A DNA stretch of 60,530 nt from Candidatus Acetothermia bacterium (GTDB lineage Bacteria; Bipolaricaulota; Bipolaricaulia; UBA7950): the NCBI GenBank assembly GCA_022684035.1, contig JAJHSB010000080.1, positions 1 to 60,530 on the forward strand, in the 5' to 3' direction. Shown one piece after another: positions 10,111-20,465 of the stretch. Made by a program: the position numbers and the translations under genes. How positions within the stretch are numbered: the first letter of the stretch is position 1; every line of letters starts with the position of its first letter. The notes beneath the pieces were generated by a model. That model saw only the letters and a list, made by a program, of their open reading frames with translations, was not told where the DNA came from and did no database searches.

Positions 10111-12192
10111 ATGAGAATTGATAAAATCAGAAATATAGGGATTATTGCGCATATCGATGCCGGTAAGACGACTCTTACCGAACGTATTCTGTTTACCACG
10201 GGACAAATTTACAAAGTAGGGGAAGTTCATGAAGGGAATACAGAAATGGACTGGATGGCACAGGAACGCGCGCGGGGAATTACAATAACTTCTGCTGTTA
10301 CCAGTTGTCCGTGGAACGGCTATCAGATTAATATCATCGATACTCCCGGCCATGTTGATTTTACTGCGGAAGTGGTAAGGTCGTTGCGAATCCTCGACGG
10401 TGGAGTCGTTCTCTTCTCCGGAGTGGAGATGGTAGAAGCCCAAACCGAAACAGTATGGCGGCAAGCTGATCATTATAAGGTGCCTCGGATTGCGTTTATC
10501 AACAAGCTCGATCGCGTGGAGTCTAATTTTATAAAGACAGTGGAGATGATCGAGGATCGATTAAGCGGAAGACCTGTCCCGCTGCAGTTTCCGTATCGCG
10601 ATCCTGACCGTCGGTTCCTCGGAATGATCGATATATTAACGATGAATTTGATTATCAGGCAGGATACGCCACACGGAACAGAATCTAAATTGATCCCGAT
10701 CAAGAAAGAAGAGTCACTCTCGCTTTCACGCCGGTTTATCGATCGTCTTGAACGTTATCGCGAGATAGCAGTGGAACGTGTAGCAGAGATCGACGACCGC
10801 GTGATGGAACGATATTTGAATGAAGGAGATATCGATCTTGATCTCTTTTACCGTACGCTTCGACAGGGATGTCTGGAATTCGGTTATGTCCCTGTATTGG
10901 GGGGCTCAGCATTTACCCATCAGGGAATCCAACCACTCCTCGATGCAATCACAAACTATTTACCATCACCGCTCGATATTCCGTCAGTGAGCGCAATCGA
11001 TGATCCATCCATAATCCGTCGTGCTGATGAGCAAGAACCACTGGCGGCGCTCGCATATAAAGTTATGACCGATCGCTACGCTGGCCGGCTCGTTTTTTTA
11101 CGGATATATTCAGGGACGCTGGACGTAGGCCAGACCGTCTTTAACTCTTCTCGCAAGGAAAAACTGCGAATAATGAAACTGTACAGGATGCATGCAAATG
11201 ACCGGACGCCTCTTAACGAAGCTAAAGCCGGTGATATTATTGCTGTGGTCGGTTCAAAGAATATCGCTACAGGAGATACAATCTGCGATGTGCAAAGCCC
11301 AATCTTATTAGAAGAGATAAGATTTCCTGAACCAGTGATTTCAGTCGCGATTGAACCGCTCGGCGATTCGGAATCGGCTCGATTGTCAAAAGCATTACAA
11401 GAACTGGAAGCCGAGGATCCGACGTTTAAAGTGTCGATCGCCGAGGAAACAAATCAGATAATCATTTCAGGGATGGGGGAGCTGCACCTTGAGGTATTGC
11501 TGCAACGATTACAGGATGAACTAGGAGTTAACGTTAATGCGGGATTACCACAGGTCTCCTATCGCGAAACATTAAGTGTGCCGACGGTAGTCGAGGAGAA
11601 ATTTGTCAAACAGACTGGTGGGCATGGTCAGTACGGCCATGTCATTCTTGAACTCTCGCCACTTGAGCGGGGAAGAGGATTTGAGTTTAAATCCGCGATT
11701 AAAGGGGGGGAGATTCCCCGAGAATATATCTCATCTGTTGAAACTGGATTGATCGCCGCACTGGACAATGGGCCATTGGCCGGTTATCCTATAGTAGATC
11801 TCAGAGCTGTCCTTGTCGGTGGGTCGTTCCATCCGGTTGATTCCTCGGATCTGGCATTTAGATCTGCTGCGACGCGTGCATTGCGCAAAGTATGTAAGAC
11901 GAATTTTACTCTTTTAGAACCGATTATGGAGGGTGAGATCGTTACACCGGTGGAATATTTAGGTGATGTGATGGAAGATATTGCCCGGCGCCGCGGAATA
12001 ATCAAAAAGATATTAGCCAGAGATGCGGTACAAGTGATCACGGTCGCTGTTCCGCTTGCGGAGATGTTCGGCTATGCAACACAGGTGCGCTCATTGACTC
12101 AAGGCCGGGCAACCCATTCGCTGTGGCCAGCATACTATACGCAAGTACCGGCCGGCATCAAAGAGAAGATTATAAAGAGCAGAGGGGCTTAA
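10111..12192 (+). CDS. fusA: Elongation factor G
   Basis: IRNIGIIAHIDAGKTT, RGITIT, DTPGH, NKLD, GMGELHL, KQTGGHGQYG; start placed at ATG 10111. Confidence 0.96.
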   Translation: MRIDKIRNIGIIAHIDAGKTTLTERILFTTGQIYKVGEVHEGNTEMDWMAQERARGITITSAVTSCPWNGYQINIIDTPGHVDFTAEVVRSLRILDGGVVLFSGVEMVEAQTETVWRQADHYKVPRIAFINKLDRVESNFIKTVEMIEDRLSGRPVPLQFPYRDPDRRFLGMIDILTMNLIIRQDTPHGTESKLIPIKKEESLSLSRRFIDRLERYREIAVERVAEIDDRVMERYLNEGDIDLDLFYRTLRQGCLEFGYVPVLGGSAFTHQGIQPLLDAITNYLPSPLDIPSVSAIDDPSIIRRADEQEPLAALAYKVMTDRYAGRLVFLRIYSGTLDVGQTVFNSSRKEKLRIMKLYRMHANDRTPLNEAKAGDIIAVVGSKNIATGDTICDVQSPILLEEIRFPEPVISVAIEPLGDSESARLSKALQELEAEDPTFKVSIAEETNQIIISGMGELHLEVLLQRLQDELGVNVNAGLPQVSYRETLSVPTVVEEKFVKQTGGHGQYGHVILELSPLERGRGFEFKSAIKGGEIPREYISSVETGLIAALDNGPLAGYPIVDLRAVLVGGSFHPVDSSDLAFRSAATRALRKVCKTNFTLLEPIMEGEIVTPVEYLGDVMEDIARRRGIIKKILARDAVQVITVAVPLAEMFGYATQVRSLTQGRATHSLWPAYYTQVPAGIKEKIIKSRGA

Positions 12193-12193
12193 A

Positions 12194-12502
12194 ATGGCAA
12201 GAAAGAGAATAAGGATTAAAGTGCGTGGATATGACCACAATCTTGTTGACAACGCGATCAGGAAAGTAGTGACTGCAACAAAAGAGACGAGAGCGCAGAT
12301 AGTGGGGCCGGTTCCATTGCCGACAAGTAAACGAATCTATACGGTGCTGCGGTCTCCCCACATCGATAAGAAATCAATGGAGCACTTTGAGCGACGGATT
12401 CATACCCGTCTGATCGATATTAAAGAGCCGACCTCGGAAACGATCAACGCACTGATGGATATTGAACTTCCGACCGGCATCGATATCGAGATTAAAGTTT
12501 AA
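12194..12502 (+). CDS. rpsJ: 30S ribosomal protein uS10
   Basis: RIRIK..YDH...GPVPLPT...RSPH. Confidence 0.97.
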   Translation: MARKRIRIKVRGYDHNLVDNAIRKVVTATKETRAQIVGPVPLPTSKRIYTVLRSPHIDKKSMEHFERRIHTRLIDIKEPTSETINALMDIELPTGIDIEIKV

Positions 12503-12614
12503 TATAGTCCTGATGAGGTAGAAACGGCAAGAAGACTTCGATGCGAGAGACGATGAACCCGAGCATAAGATCGAGCAGTTCCAGCTCTGGTAATTTGGGA
12601 AGGTGAATTGGAAT

Positions 12615-13241
12615 ATGAGATTAGCGCTATTAGGAAGAAAGATAGGAATGACACAGCTTTTTGAGGATGATAATAAAGCTGTTGCGGTAACGGTTGTAGA
12701 GGTCGAGCCGTCAGTAGTCGTTCAAATTAAAAGAGAAGAGAAAGATGGATATAATGCTCTGCAGATTGGATACCACAAGATAGATAAAAAAAGAGTCTCT
12801 CAACCTCTGCAAGGGCATTTTAAGAGAGCTGGCGTTGAGCCGCGTCGACATCTCTTTGAAGTCCGGCTTGATGAAGTAGATAAATACACCGTGGGAGATG
12901 AGATCAACGTGGGAATATTCCAGGAAAAGGAGAGAATAGATATTAGCGGAAATTCACGTGGATTAGGATTTCAAGGGGTTATGAAACGATGGAATTTTGC
13001 CGGTGGTCCAGCATCACATGGTGCGCACTTCCATCGTAAACCCGGAGCAGTAGGAATGTGTGTTCTACCAGGCCGAGTCATTAAAGGGAAAAAGATGCCT
13101 GGTCATGCTGGAGCCAAGCGGGTAACAATGAAGCGGTTACAAGTAATTAAGGTTGATAAGGAGAGAAATTTGATCGTTGTGAAGGGATCTACTCCTGGCA
13201 CACTGAACTCTCTGTTGCAGTTAAGGAAGAGCCATGATTGA
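12615..13241 (+). CDS. rplC: 50S ribosomal protein uL3
   Basis: LGRKIGMTQ...GLGFQGVMKRWNFAGGPASHG; ATG 12615 preferred. Confidence 0.96.
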   Translation: MRLALLGRKIGMTQLFEDDNKAVAVTVVEVEPSVVVQIKREEKDGYNALQIGYHKIDKKRVSQPLQGHFKRAGVEPRRHLFEVRLDEVDKYTVGDEINVGIFQEKERIDISGNSRGLGFQGVMKRWNFAGGPASHGAHFHRKPGAVGMCVLPGRVIKGKKMPGHAGAKRVTMKRLQVIKVDKERNLIVVKGSTPGTLNSLLQLRKSHD

Positions 13242-13872
13242 AGTACCTTTATATGCTTTTACAGGAGAAGGAGACGCAGCTAAGTTTCTTCTCAATGAGC
13301 AGATATTTGCTGCTCCGGTCAACAAGGATCTCCTTTATCGGATCGTCCGAACACAATTAGCTGGACGACGTCAAGGGACTGCATCGACGAAGCGGCGGGG
13401 AGAAGTCGCTGGAGGAGGACGAAAACCATGGAGACAGAAAGGAACCGGTCGCGCCAGGCAAGGGTCGCGGCGGTCACCGTTGTGGGTCGGAGGAGGAGTA
13501 TCGTTTGGTCCTAAGCCACGTGATTATACGATTGATCTTAATAAAAAAATGCGGCGTGGTGCGCTGGCTGCTGCATTAAGCACACGTGCTACAGAAGAGA
13601 AACTTATATTGATCGATAAGGTTGCATTTGATGTTCCGAAGACCAAGGCGGCGCTTTCACTCCTTGAGCGTGTAAATCAAGCAGATTCAACGCTCGTTGT
13701 TGTGGGAACTGGTGAGTATAATAAGACGACGCAAAAATCGTTTGCTAATATTCCCAGTGTCAAATGTCTCCCGAGCCATGGCCTTAATGTATATGATATT
13801 TTACGTTACCAGGGGTTATTGTTGACTTTGTCAGCGCTCGAGGAGATTGAGGAGAGGTTTTTAAATGGCTAA
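13234..13872 (+). CDS. rplD: 50S ribosomal protein uL4
   Basis: RQGTASTK.RGEVAGGGRKPWRQKGTGRARQGS. Confidence 0.97.
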   Translation: MIEVPLYAFTGEGDAAKFLLNEQIFAAPVNKDLLYRIVRTQLAGRRQGTASTKRRGEVAGGGRKPWRQKGTGRARQGSRRSPLWVGGGVSFGPKPRDYTIDLNKKMRRGALAAALSTRATEEKLILIDKVAFDVPKTKAALSLLERVNQADSTLVVVGTGEYNKTTQKSFANIPSVKCLPSHGLNVYDILRYQGLLLTLSALEEIEERFLNG

Positions 13873-14164
13873 GTCGACGTATTTCGAAGATATTATAATA
13901 GCACCATTATTGACTGAAGCGACGTGGAAGGTGATGGAAGATAATAAATATGCATTTAAAGTTGCACTTGCGGCCAATAAGATTCAGATCAAACGTGCTG
14001 TGGAGGGGTTATTTAACGTTAAGGTAGAGAAAGTTTGGACAGCTAATATGGAAGGTAAACCGCGGCGTGAAAGACTAACACAGATGCATGGAAAAACAAA
14101 CCGGTGGCGGAAAGCAATCGTTAAACTTGCTCCTGGAAACAAAATCGAATTGGTTAGTAGTTGA
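13865..14164 (+). CDS. rplW: 50S ribosomal protein uL23
   Basis: ANKIQIKRAVEGLFNVKVEKV...WRKAIVKL. Confidence 0.95.
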   Translation: MAKSTYFEDIIIAPLLTEATWKVMEDNKYAFKVALAANKIQIKRAVEGLFNVKVEKVWTANMEGKPRRERLTQMHGKTNRWRKAIVKLAPGNKIELVSS

Positions 14165-14201
14165 GAAGCTACACAAGGATGAAACTTTAGTAGAGGTAAA
14201 G

Positions 14202-15035
14202 ATGTCTCTAAAAAAATTTAGGCCTACTTCGCCGGGAAAACGGCATGCTGAGCTGCCGGATTATCGCGAATTATCAAAAGTAAGACCAGAGAGACGGTTG
14301 CTGGTTCCGATTCGCAAAAATAGTGGAAGGAATAATGAAGGGAAAACGACCGTTCGCTGGCGCGGCGGAGGGCATAAACGACATTATCGAATCATTGATT
14401 TTGTTCGTGCTAAAGATGGAGTGCCGGCGAAGGTGGCGACGATTGAATATGATCCCAATCGATCCGCATGGATAACGCTCCTCCATTATGTTGATGGAGA
14501 GAAAAGGTATATAATAAGTCCAGTGGCACTGCCGATTGGACGGACCGTTGAGTCGGGAGAAGAGGCGAAGATACTGCCGGGCAATGCGTTACCGGTGCAT
14601 CGTATTCCGCTCGGAGTGACGATACATAATATTGAACTTTATCCTGGCAGTGGAGCGAAGGTAGCTCGCTCTGCCGGTACAGGTGCGAAGCTGCTTGCCA
14701 AAGAAGCAGGGACAGCACACATCCGTCTGCCGTCGGGAGAAGTTAGAATATTCGCTGATCGCTGCCGGGCCACGATCGGTGAAGTCAGCAATCCAGATCA
14801 TAAGAACATTAAACATGGTAAAGCAGGACGCGTTCGCCATCTGGGCCGTAGACCACATGTAAGAGGTGTTGCAATGAATCCTGTTGATCATCCGCATGGA
14901 GGCGGCGAAGGCCGGGCGCGGGTAGGGCGACCAGAAGTCTCGCCGACAGGTAAACTGGCTAAAGGTGGACGGACACGCAGTAAGAAGAAAAAGAGCAGCA
15001 TGATTGTCCAGCGGGCCACCAGAGGGAGAAGATAA
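14202..15035 (+). CDS. rplB: 50S ribosomal protein uL2
   Basis: GRNNEGK, IEYDPNRSA, RPHVRGVAMNPVDHPHGGGEG; ATG 14202 after gaggt. Confidence 0.97.
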   Translation: MSLKKFRPTSPGKRHAELPDYRELSKVRPERRLLVPIRKNSGRNNEGKTTVRWRGGGHKRHYRIIDFVRAKDGVPAKVATIEYDPNRSAWITLLHYVDGEKRYIISPVALPIGRTVESGEEAKILPGNALPVHRIPLGVTIHNIELYPGSGAKVARSAGTGAKLLAKEAGTAHIRLPSGEVRIFADRCRATIGEVSNPDHKNIKHGKAGRVRHLGRRPHVRGVAMNPVDHPHGGGEGRARVGRPEVSPTGKLAKGGRTRSKKKKSSMIVQRATRGRR

Positions 15036-15069
15036 GAATGATTAAACGAAGTGCGGAGGTGATTTAAAG

Positions 15070-15354
15070 ATGCCGAGATCGATTAAAAAAGGACCATATG
15101 TTGACGAGAAGTTACTTAAGAAGGTTCATCAAGCAAAACAGGGCAAAATAAAGGAGATAATAACTTGGTCGCGGGCATCGATGATCATACCGGAGATGGT
15201 CGGATTAACGATTAAGGTTCATAATGGTAAGATTCATATACCGGTCAACATCGGTGAGAATATGGTCGGTCATAAATTGGGAGAATTCGCTCTTACACGT
15301 ATTTTTCGCCATCATGGCGGAGTGAAGAAGAAGAAAGCCGCAGAGTTGACATAA
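15070..15354 (+). CDS. rpsS: 30S ribosomal protein uS19
   Basis: [12 protein letters not shown]...MVGHKLGEF. Confidence 0.97.
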   Translation: MPRSIKKGPYVDEKLLKKVHQAKQGKIKEIITWSRASMIIPEMVGLTIKVHNGKIHIPVNIGENMVGHKLGEFALTRIFRHHGGVKKKKAAELT

Positions 15355-15380
15355 CCTACTTAAGCTTATTAGAGGAAAAG

Positions 15381-15719
15381 ATGGAAGCACGAGCAGCAGT
15401 AAAATTCGTCAGGATATCACCCCATAAGGTTCGGTTGGTCGTCGATGCGATTCGCGACAAACCAGTGAGTGAAGCGCTCAATATCGTCACAGTATCCGCC
15501 AAGAAAGCAGCCAGGCTGGTGAAGAAAGTGCTAGAATCAGCATTGGCGAATGCCGAGAATAATTATAATTTCGATGTGGATCGACTCTGGGTCTCTGCAG
15601 CCTACGTCGATGGAGGGCGAACATTAAAACGAATGAAAATGCAGGCGATGGGGCGAGCTGATCTTATCCGCCGGCAGACGAGTAATATCACGATAGTCTT
15701 GACAGAAAGGAGAGATTAA
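15381..15719 (+). CDS. rplV: 50S ribosomal protein uL22
   Basis: VRISPHKVRLVVDAIR...SALANAENN. Confidence 0.96.
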   Translation: MEARAAVKFVRISPHKVRLVVDAIRDKPVSEALNIVTVSAKKAARLVKKVLESALANAENNYNFDVDRLWVSAAYVDGGRTLKRMKMQAMGRADLIRRQTSNITIVLTERRD

Positions 15720-16396
15720 TGGGGCAAAAGACGCATCCAGTAGGGTTTAGAATAGGAATTACCCGAGGTTGGTCATCTAATTGGTTTAGCCGCAAAAAGG
15801 CTCCTGAATATATTTTGGAGGATAGGAATATCCGCAAGTTGATTCAAGAAAGATATCGGGGCGCATATGTGTCTGAGGTCAATATTGAACGGCCGAAAGA
15901 AGATAGAGTTTCAATTGTAATTCGTTCAGCTCGACCGGGGATTATTATTGGCCGAGGAGGCAATGAGATAACTGCATTTCAGGCGGTTTTGGAAAAACTC
16001 ACCGGACGCGAAGTTAAAATCTCCATCGCGGAAGTCGAACGACCTGATTTTGAAGCGATTCTCGTCGCGCAAGATGTAGCGATGCAAATCGAGGGACGCA
16101 CTGCTCCGAACCGAGCGATGAAAGATGTTATTCGTCGTGTTCGTGCTGCTGGAGCATTGGGAGTAAAGATTGAATGCAGTGGCCGTTTAGACGGAGCGGA
16201 GATTGCGCGTTCGCTTAAAATGATGGATGGAAGAGTCCCTTTACAGACAATTCGGGCTGATATTGATTATGGTGTATGTGAAGCAAAGACAAAATACGGT
16301 AACATCGGCATCAAAGCATGGGTCTTCCGCGGAGAAGCGAGTGCTTGGAAGGGGACTACAACACACGATTCCGAGAGATCAACCCGACGCCGGTAA
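15719..16396 (+). CDS. rpsC: 30S ribosomal protein uS3
   Basis: MGQKTHPVGFRIG...SGRLDGAEIARS...GRVPLQTIRADIDY. Confidence 0.97.
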   Translation: MGQKTHPVGFRIGITRGWSSNWFSRKKAPEYILEDRNIRKLIQERYRGAYVSEVNIERPKEDRVSIVIRSARPGIIIGRGGNEITAFQAVLEKLTGREVKISIAEVERPDFEAILVAQDVAMQIEGRTAPNRAMKDVIRRVRAAGALGVKIECSGRLDGAEIARSLKMMDGRVPLQTIRADIDYGVCEAKTKYGNIGIKAWVFRGEASAWKGTTTHDSERSTRRR

Positions 16397-16453
16397 GAGA
16401 TCTTAAACGGAGTTGACGGAAGACCTCTGCGTACAAAAATTGAAGGTTAATTA

Positions 16454-16885
16454 ATGGCATTATTATTTCCTAAACGGACTAAACATCGGAAGTTTCATCG
16501 CGGACGGATGAAAGGAAAAGCGACACAAGGGTGTGAAATTGCTTTCGGTGACTATGCAATTCAAGCGCTGGCTCCAGCATGGATTACCCAACAACAGATT
16601 GAATCGGCACGTACAACGATTAGCCGACAAACGCAGCGAGATTCAAAGATTTGGATCAGAGTCTTTCCTGATAAAGGGGTTTCAAAGAAACCGGCAGAGA
16701 CACGGATGGGGAAAGGTAAAGGTGCAATTGACCATTGGGTAGCAGTAGTGAAGAGAGGGAAGATTTTATTCGAAATTTCCGGCATAACTGACGAGAAAGC
16801 GAAAAGAATTCACCAACTTGTTTCGCATAAGCTTCCTATCCCAACGCGATTGAAACGGAAAGTAAAGCTGGGAGGAGAAGAATGA
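16454..16885 (+). CDS. rplP: 50S ribosomal protein uL16
   Basis: PKRTKHRK...ETRMGKGKG. Confidence 0.97.
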   Translation: MALLFPKRTKHRKFHRGRMKGKATQGCEIAFGDYAIQALAPAWITQQQIESARTTISRQTQRDSKIWIRVFPDKGVSKKPAETRMGKGKGAIDHWVAVVKRGKILFEISGITDEKAKRIHQLVSHKLPIPTRLKRKVKLGGEE

Positions 16886-17085
16886 AGGCAAGCGAATTAC
16901 GCGAGATGACAACAGACGAGCTCTTCCAAAAAGCAGGGGAACTGAAACGGAAAGGGTTCAATCTACGGTTTCAGAAAGCGACCGGTGAACTCGACAACAC
17001 GGCGGAAATAATAAAAACAAAACGTGATATCGCGCGTGTCATGACGATTATCCGTGAGCGGTCGATTACTGATCGGCCAAAGTAG
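16882..17085 (+). CDS. rpmC: 50S ribosomal protein uL29
   Basis: MKASELRE...[12 protein letters not shown]...KRDIARVMT. Confidence 0.95.
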   Translation: MKASELREMTTDELFQKAGELKRKGFNLRFQKATGELDNTAEIIKTKRDIARVMTIIRERSITDRPK

Positions 17086-17097
17086 TGGGGTTTAAGG

Positions 17098-17343
17098 ATG
17101 AAGAAAGAGAGAGTTGGACGTGTAGTGAGTAATCGCATGGCAAAGACGATCGTCGTCGAAGTAGAGAGGCGACAACGCCATCCTTTGTATCAGAAATTTG
17201 TTAACAAGCGATCTAAATTTCATGCTCATGATGAGACCAACAGCGCAGCGATCGGCGATCTGGTAAAGATAGAAGAGTCACGCCCACTCAGCCGCAAGAA
17301 GCATTGGAAATTGGTGGAAATTCTCAAAAAGGCGGAGACCTAA
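17098..17343 (+). CDS. rpsQ: 30S ribosomal protein uS17
   Basis: [14 protein letters not shown]...HPLYQK...[11 protein letters not shown]. Confidence 0.96.
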   Translation: MKKERVGRVVSNRMAKTIVVEVERRQRHPLYQKFVNKRSKFHAHDETNSAAIGDLVKIEESRPLSRKKHWKLVEILKKAET

Positions 17344-17344
17344 G

Positions 17345-17713
17345 TTGATTAGACCAGAGACAAAAGTCAAGGTATCGGATAATTCAGGGGCTAAGTTTGT
17401 CAAATGTATCACTGTGTTGGGAGGTTCAAAGGCCCAACGCGGTGAGATCGGAGACATCATTGTCGGTTCGGTACAGAAACGGTTACCGACAAGTAACATT
17501 GAAAAAGGAGAGATCGTTCGTGGTGTCATTGTGCGTACACGTAGTTCATACCGCCGCAAAGATGGAAGTTATATTCGCTTCGATGATAATGCTATTGTGT
17601 TGATAAATGATAAACTGGAACCGGTGGGAACGCGGATTTTCGGACCGGTGCCGCGGGAATTACGCGAGAAGAAGATGATGCGCATCCTCTCTCTTGCTCC
17701 GGAAGTATTATAG
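17345..17713 (+). CDS. rplN: 50S ribosomal protein uL14
   Basis: VSDNSGAK...IRFDDNA...[13 protein letters not shown]; TTG start. Confidence 0.96.
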   Translation: MIRPETKVKVSDNSGAKFVKCITVLGGSKAQRGEIGDIIVGSVQKRLPTSNIEKGEIVRGVIVRTRSSYRRKDGSYIRFDDNAIVLINDKLEPVGTRIFGPVPRELREKKMMRILSLAPEVL

Positions 17714-17722
17714 GAGAACGCA

Positions 17723-18034
17723 ATGCGTAAGGTAAAAAAGGGCGATAGAGTACGGGTAATTACGGGAAATGACCAAGGCAAGGAAGGCAAGGTTCTCACG
17801 ATCTACCCCGAAGAAGAGAGGATTATCGTTGACAATATCAATATAATCACTAAACACCAACGAGCAACGCAGAGAATGCGTGAGCCCGGGATTATCAACC
17901 GACCGGGTAAGATTCACATCTCTAATGTACTGGTAATCTGTCCAGAATGTAACGTACCGGCTCGTATCGGGTTCGTCTTTGCAGAAGGCAGGAAAATGCG
18001 TAAGTGCAAAGAATGCGGCGAACTATTTAGGTGA
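17723..18034 (+). CDS. rplX: 50S ribosomal protein uL24
   Basis: KVKKGDRVRVITGNDQGKEGKV...IHISNV. Confidence 0.95.
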   Translation: MRKVKKGDRVRVITGNDQGKEGKVLTIYPEEERIIVDNINIITKHQRATQRMREPGIINRPGKIHISNVLVICPECNVPARIGFVFAEGRKMRKCKECGELFR

Positions 18035-18102
18035 AAGGTCTTGGTATTGGTAGCTAATCAGAGACAAGATGCCCGCCAATCTCCTTGCAAGTAGATGTTA
18101 TA

Positions 18103-18131
18103 TTGCAGGTGCTTCTTCTGCATGGTATAAT
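18103..18131 (+). promoter_or_regulatory. Internal sigma70 promoter upstream of rplE
   Basis: TTGCAG(18103-18108)-17 nt-TATAAT(18126-18131) with TG at 18123-18124. Confidence 0.7.
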
Positions 18132-18228
18132 TTGGACTTCTTAAAGAGATTTTGATTTTTTGTTATTATGGGTAATGGAACTGATGTTGGAAGTTAACGA
18201 GGGAGTAATTTTGCTGTAAAGAGGTAAA

Positions 18229-18759
18229 ATGTTGCAGGAGAAGTTTAAAAGAGAGATCATTCCGCAGTTGATGGAAGATTTGGCGTATGTCAATGTGATG
18301 CAGGTACCGCGGCTTGAGAAAATAATTATCAATATGGGAGTTTCAGCAAAGGATAACCCCAAAATACTTGAAGGAGCTGTGGCGAACCTTACTAAACTAT
18401 CCGGTCAGCGGCCACTTGTAACACGAGCGCGAAAATCAATATCTGATTTTCGCATCACTAAGGGGGATCCGATTGGGTGTAAAGTTACTTTGCGTCGCAG
18501 GCGAGCATATGCGTTATTGGAGAAATTAATCAATGCCGTCCTTCCCGGAATACGTGATTTTAAAGGACTCTCTGCTGCTTCATTCGACGGACGTGGAAAT
18601 TATACGGTGGGAATTCAGGAACAACTAATCTTTCCGGAAATTTCCTATGAGGAGATAACAGCGATACAGGGAATGGATATTACAATTGTCACAACAGCAA
18701 AGACAGATCGAGAAGGATATGCGCTCCTGAAGAGTTTTGGAATGCCGTTTACCGATTGA
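18229..18759 (+). CDS. rplE: 50S ribosomal protein uL5
   Basis: [16 protein letters not shown]...PIGCKVTLR...[10 protein letters not shown]. Confidence 0.97.
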   Translation: MLQEKFKREIIPQLMEDLAYVNVMQVPRLEKIIINMGVSAKDNPKILEGAVANLTKLSGQRPLVTRARKSISDFRITKGDPIGCKVTLRRRRAYALLEKLINAVLPGIRDFKGLSAASFDGRGNYTVGIQEQLIFPEISYEEITAIQGMDITIVTTAKTDREGYALLKSFGMPFTD

Positions 18760-18770
18760 ATGGGGGAAGA

Positions 18771-18956
18771 ATGGCGAAGAAATCGTTAATAGTAAAGAAT
18801 AAACGCGAGCCGAAATTTTCGTCACGCAGGTATCATCGTTGTAATCTATGCGGCCGGCCACATGGGTATATTCGAGACTTTGGTCTCTGCCGGTTATGTT
18901 TTAGAAAGTTAGCCCATATGGGAGAGATTCCCGGAGTGAAAAAAGCTTCTTGGTAG
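18771..18956 (+). CDS. rpsN: 30S ribosomal protein uS14, zinc-binding type Z
   Basis: MAKKSL...[23 protein letters not shown]. Confidence 0.96.
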   Translation: MAKKSLIVKNKREPKFSSRRYHRCNLCGRPHGYIRDFGLCRLCFRKLAHMGEIPGVKKASW

Positions 18957-19124
18957 CGGCTATTACGAGAGATCGATATGAAAATATATTCTCAGCCAAG
19001 CACGCTGCGCAGATAGAAGATTTGATCAAGACCGCGGTTCGTATTCGCAGCGGTTCTTTCATCTTTAGTGCCGGAGTAAGATTAAACGAAGTTTGTGCAA
19101 CTGACCAGATAATAAAGGAGAATG

Positions 19125-19532
19125 ATGACGATAGAGGATCCAATAGCAGATATGTTGACACGGATTCGCAATGCTAATGCGCAATTTCATCCCCGCGTTA
19201 TGGTGCCGTATTCAAAGCCGAAAGAGACGATCGCCCAAATACTCGTTGCAGAAGGATATCTACAAGACTATAAGATAACAGCTGAGGGCGTGCGACGCGG
19301 GCTCGAAGTGATGCTCAAATATAAGGAAAAAGACGGGAAGCAAATCCGAGTGTTGACTGGATTACGCCTGATAAGTAGGTTGAGTCAGCGGGTTTATGTC
19401 AGTAAGAATGAAATCCCCCGTTCGCTCGATGGTTTAGGTCTAACGATCGTCTCTACCTCCCAGGGAATTCTTTCCGCTAAGGAAGCACAGGCTCGCGGTA
19501 TCGGAGGAGAAGTTATATGTATGGTATGGTGA
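19125..19532 (+). CDS. rpsH: 30S ribosomal protein uS8
   Basis: DPIADMLTRIRNA...IVSTSQGI...GIGGEVIC. Confidence 0.97.
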   Translation: MTIEDPIADMLTRIRNANAQFHPRVMVPYSKPKETIAQILVAEGYLQDYKITAEGVRRGLEVMLKYKEKDGKQIRVLTGLRLISRLSQRVYVSKNEIPRSLDGLGLTIVSTSQGILSAKEAQARGIGGEVICMVW

Positions 19533-19538
19533 GAAAGA

Positions 19539-20087
19539 ATGTCAAAGATCGGTAAAATTCCTGTGAAGCTCCCTTCTGGTGTTAAAGTAGAAGTGAAAGA
19601 TCGTTACATCACTGTAGAAGGGGAAAATGGCAAATTAACACAAATGTACGACCCAACGATGGTCACTATTCAAGTATCTGATGGAGAGGTAGTGGTGACA
19701 CGGCAGGCTGAAGAACGAGAGTACAAAGCACGGCAAGGTCTGTATCGCAGTCTACTTGCTAATATGGTTCAAGGAGTCTCAACGTTGTGGCAAAAAAACC
19801 TCGTGATAAAGGGTTCGGGATTTCGCGTTCGGTCAGAAGGGAAAGAGTTAGTCTTAGAACTCGGCTATGCTATGCCAGTTAGGTTTAAACTCATGGATGG
19901 AATTGAGGCTGATGTGCCGAATCCAAACGAGATCATTATCAAAGGAATAGACAAACAACTTGTCGGACAGACTGCAGCAATGATACGTGCGTTACGTAAA
20001 CCAGAACCATACAAAGGAACAGGCATTATATATAAAAACGAAGAGATTTTCCGCAAGGCTGGTAAAATGGGTGCTCATGGTGGGTGA
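19539..20087 (+). CDS. rplF: 50S ribosomal protein uL6
   Basis: MSKIGKIPV...RKPEPYKGTGI. Confidence 0.97.
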   Translation: MSKIGKIPVKLPSGVKVEVKDRYITVEGENGKLTQMYDPTMVTIQVSDGEVVVTRQAEEREYKARQGLYRSLLANMVQGVSTLWQKNLVIKGSGFRVRSEGKELVLELGYAMPVRFKLMDGIEADVPNPNEIIIKGIDKQLVGQTAAMIRALRKPEPYKGTGIIYKNEEIFRKAGKMGAHGG

Positions 20088-20102
20088 TAGAGGAGAGTTT
20101 CT

Positions 20103-20465
20103 GTGGCGCAACTAGTAAGAGAAAAAGAACGAAAACGTCGTCATCAACGGATACGAAAACAAATACATGGAACAGCACAGCGTCCACGCCTCTCTGTTTT
20201 TCGCAGCTTAAAACATATTTATGCGCAATTAATCGACGATGATACCGGCAAAACATTGGTCTCTGCTTCTACTCTTACCAAAGAACTGCAAAATGGTATC
20301 ACCGGGTTTAATTGTACTTCAGCAGAAAAGGTCGGCGAACTGCTGGCACGGCGTGCTGTGGAAGCAAAGATAACGACTGTGGTCTTTGATCGCAGCGGGT
20401 ATCGTTACCATGGTAAAATCAAAGCGCTCGCCGAGGCGTGTCGGAAAGGAGGACTTTGCTTTTGA
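20103..20465 (+). CDS. rplR: 50S ribosomal protein uL18
   Basis: [20 protein letters not shown]...[18 protein letters not shown]. Confidence 0.97.
   Translation: MAQLVREKERKRRHQRIRKQIHGTAQRPRLSVFRSLKHIYAQLIDDDTGKTLVSASTLTKELQNGITGFNCTSAEKVGELLARRAVEAKITTVVFDRSGYRYHGKIKALAEACRKGGLCF

Noticed and set aside
12509-12528. Hammerhead-like core ctgatgag...gaaac
   Set aside because: Only 4 nt lie between CUGAUGA and GAAA, with no closing G-C pair, so stem II cannot form.
18950-19177. 75-aa ORF between rpsN and rpsH
   Set aside because: Overlaps both neighbours out of frame, has no SD and no recognisable family; more likely a structured spacer.
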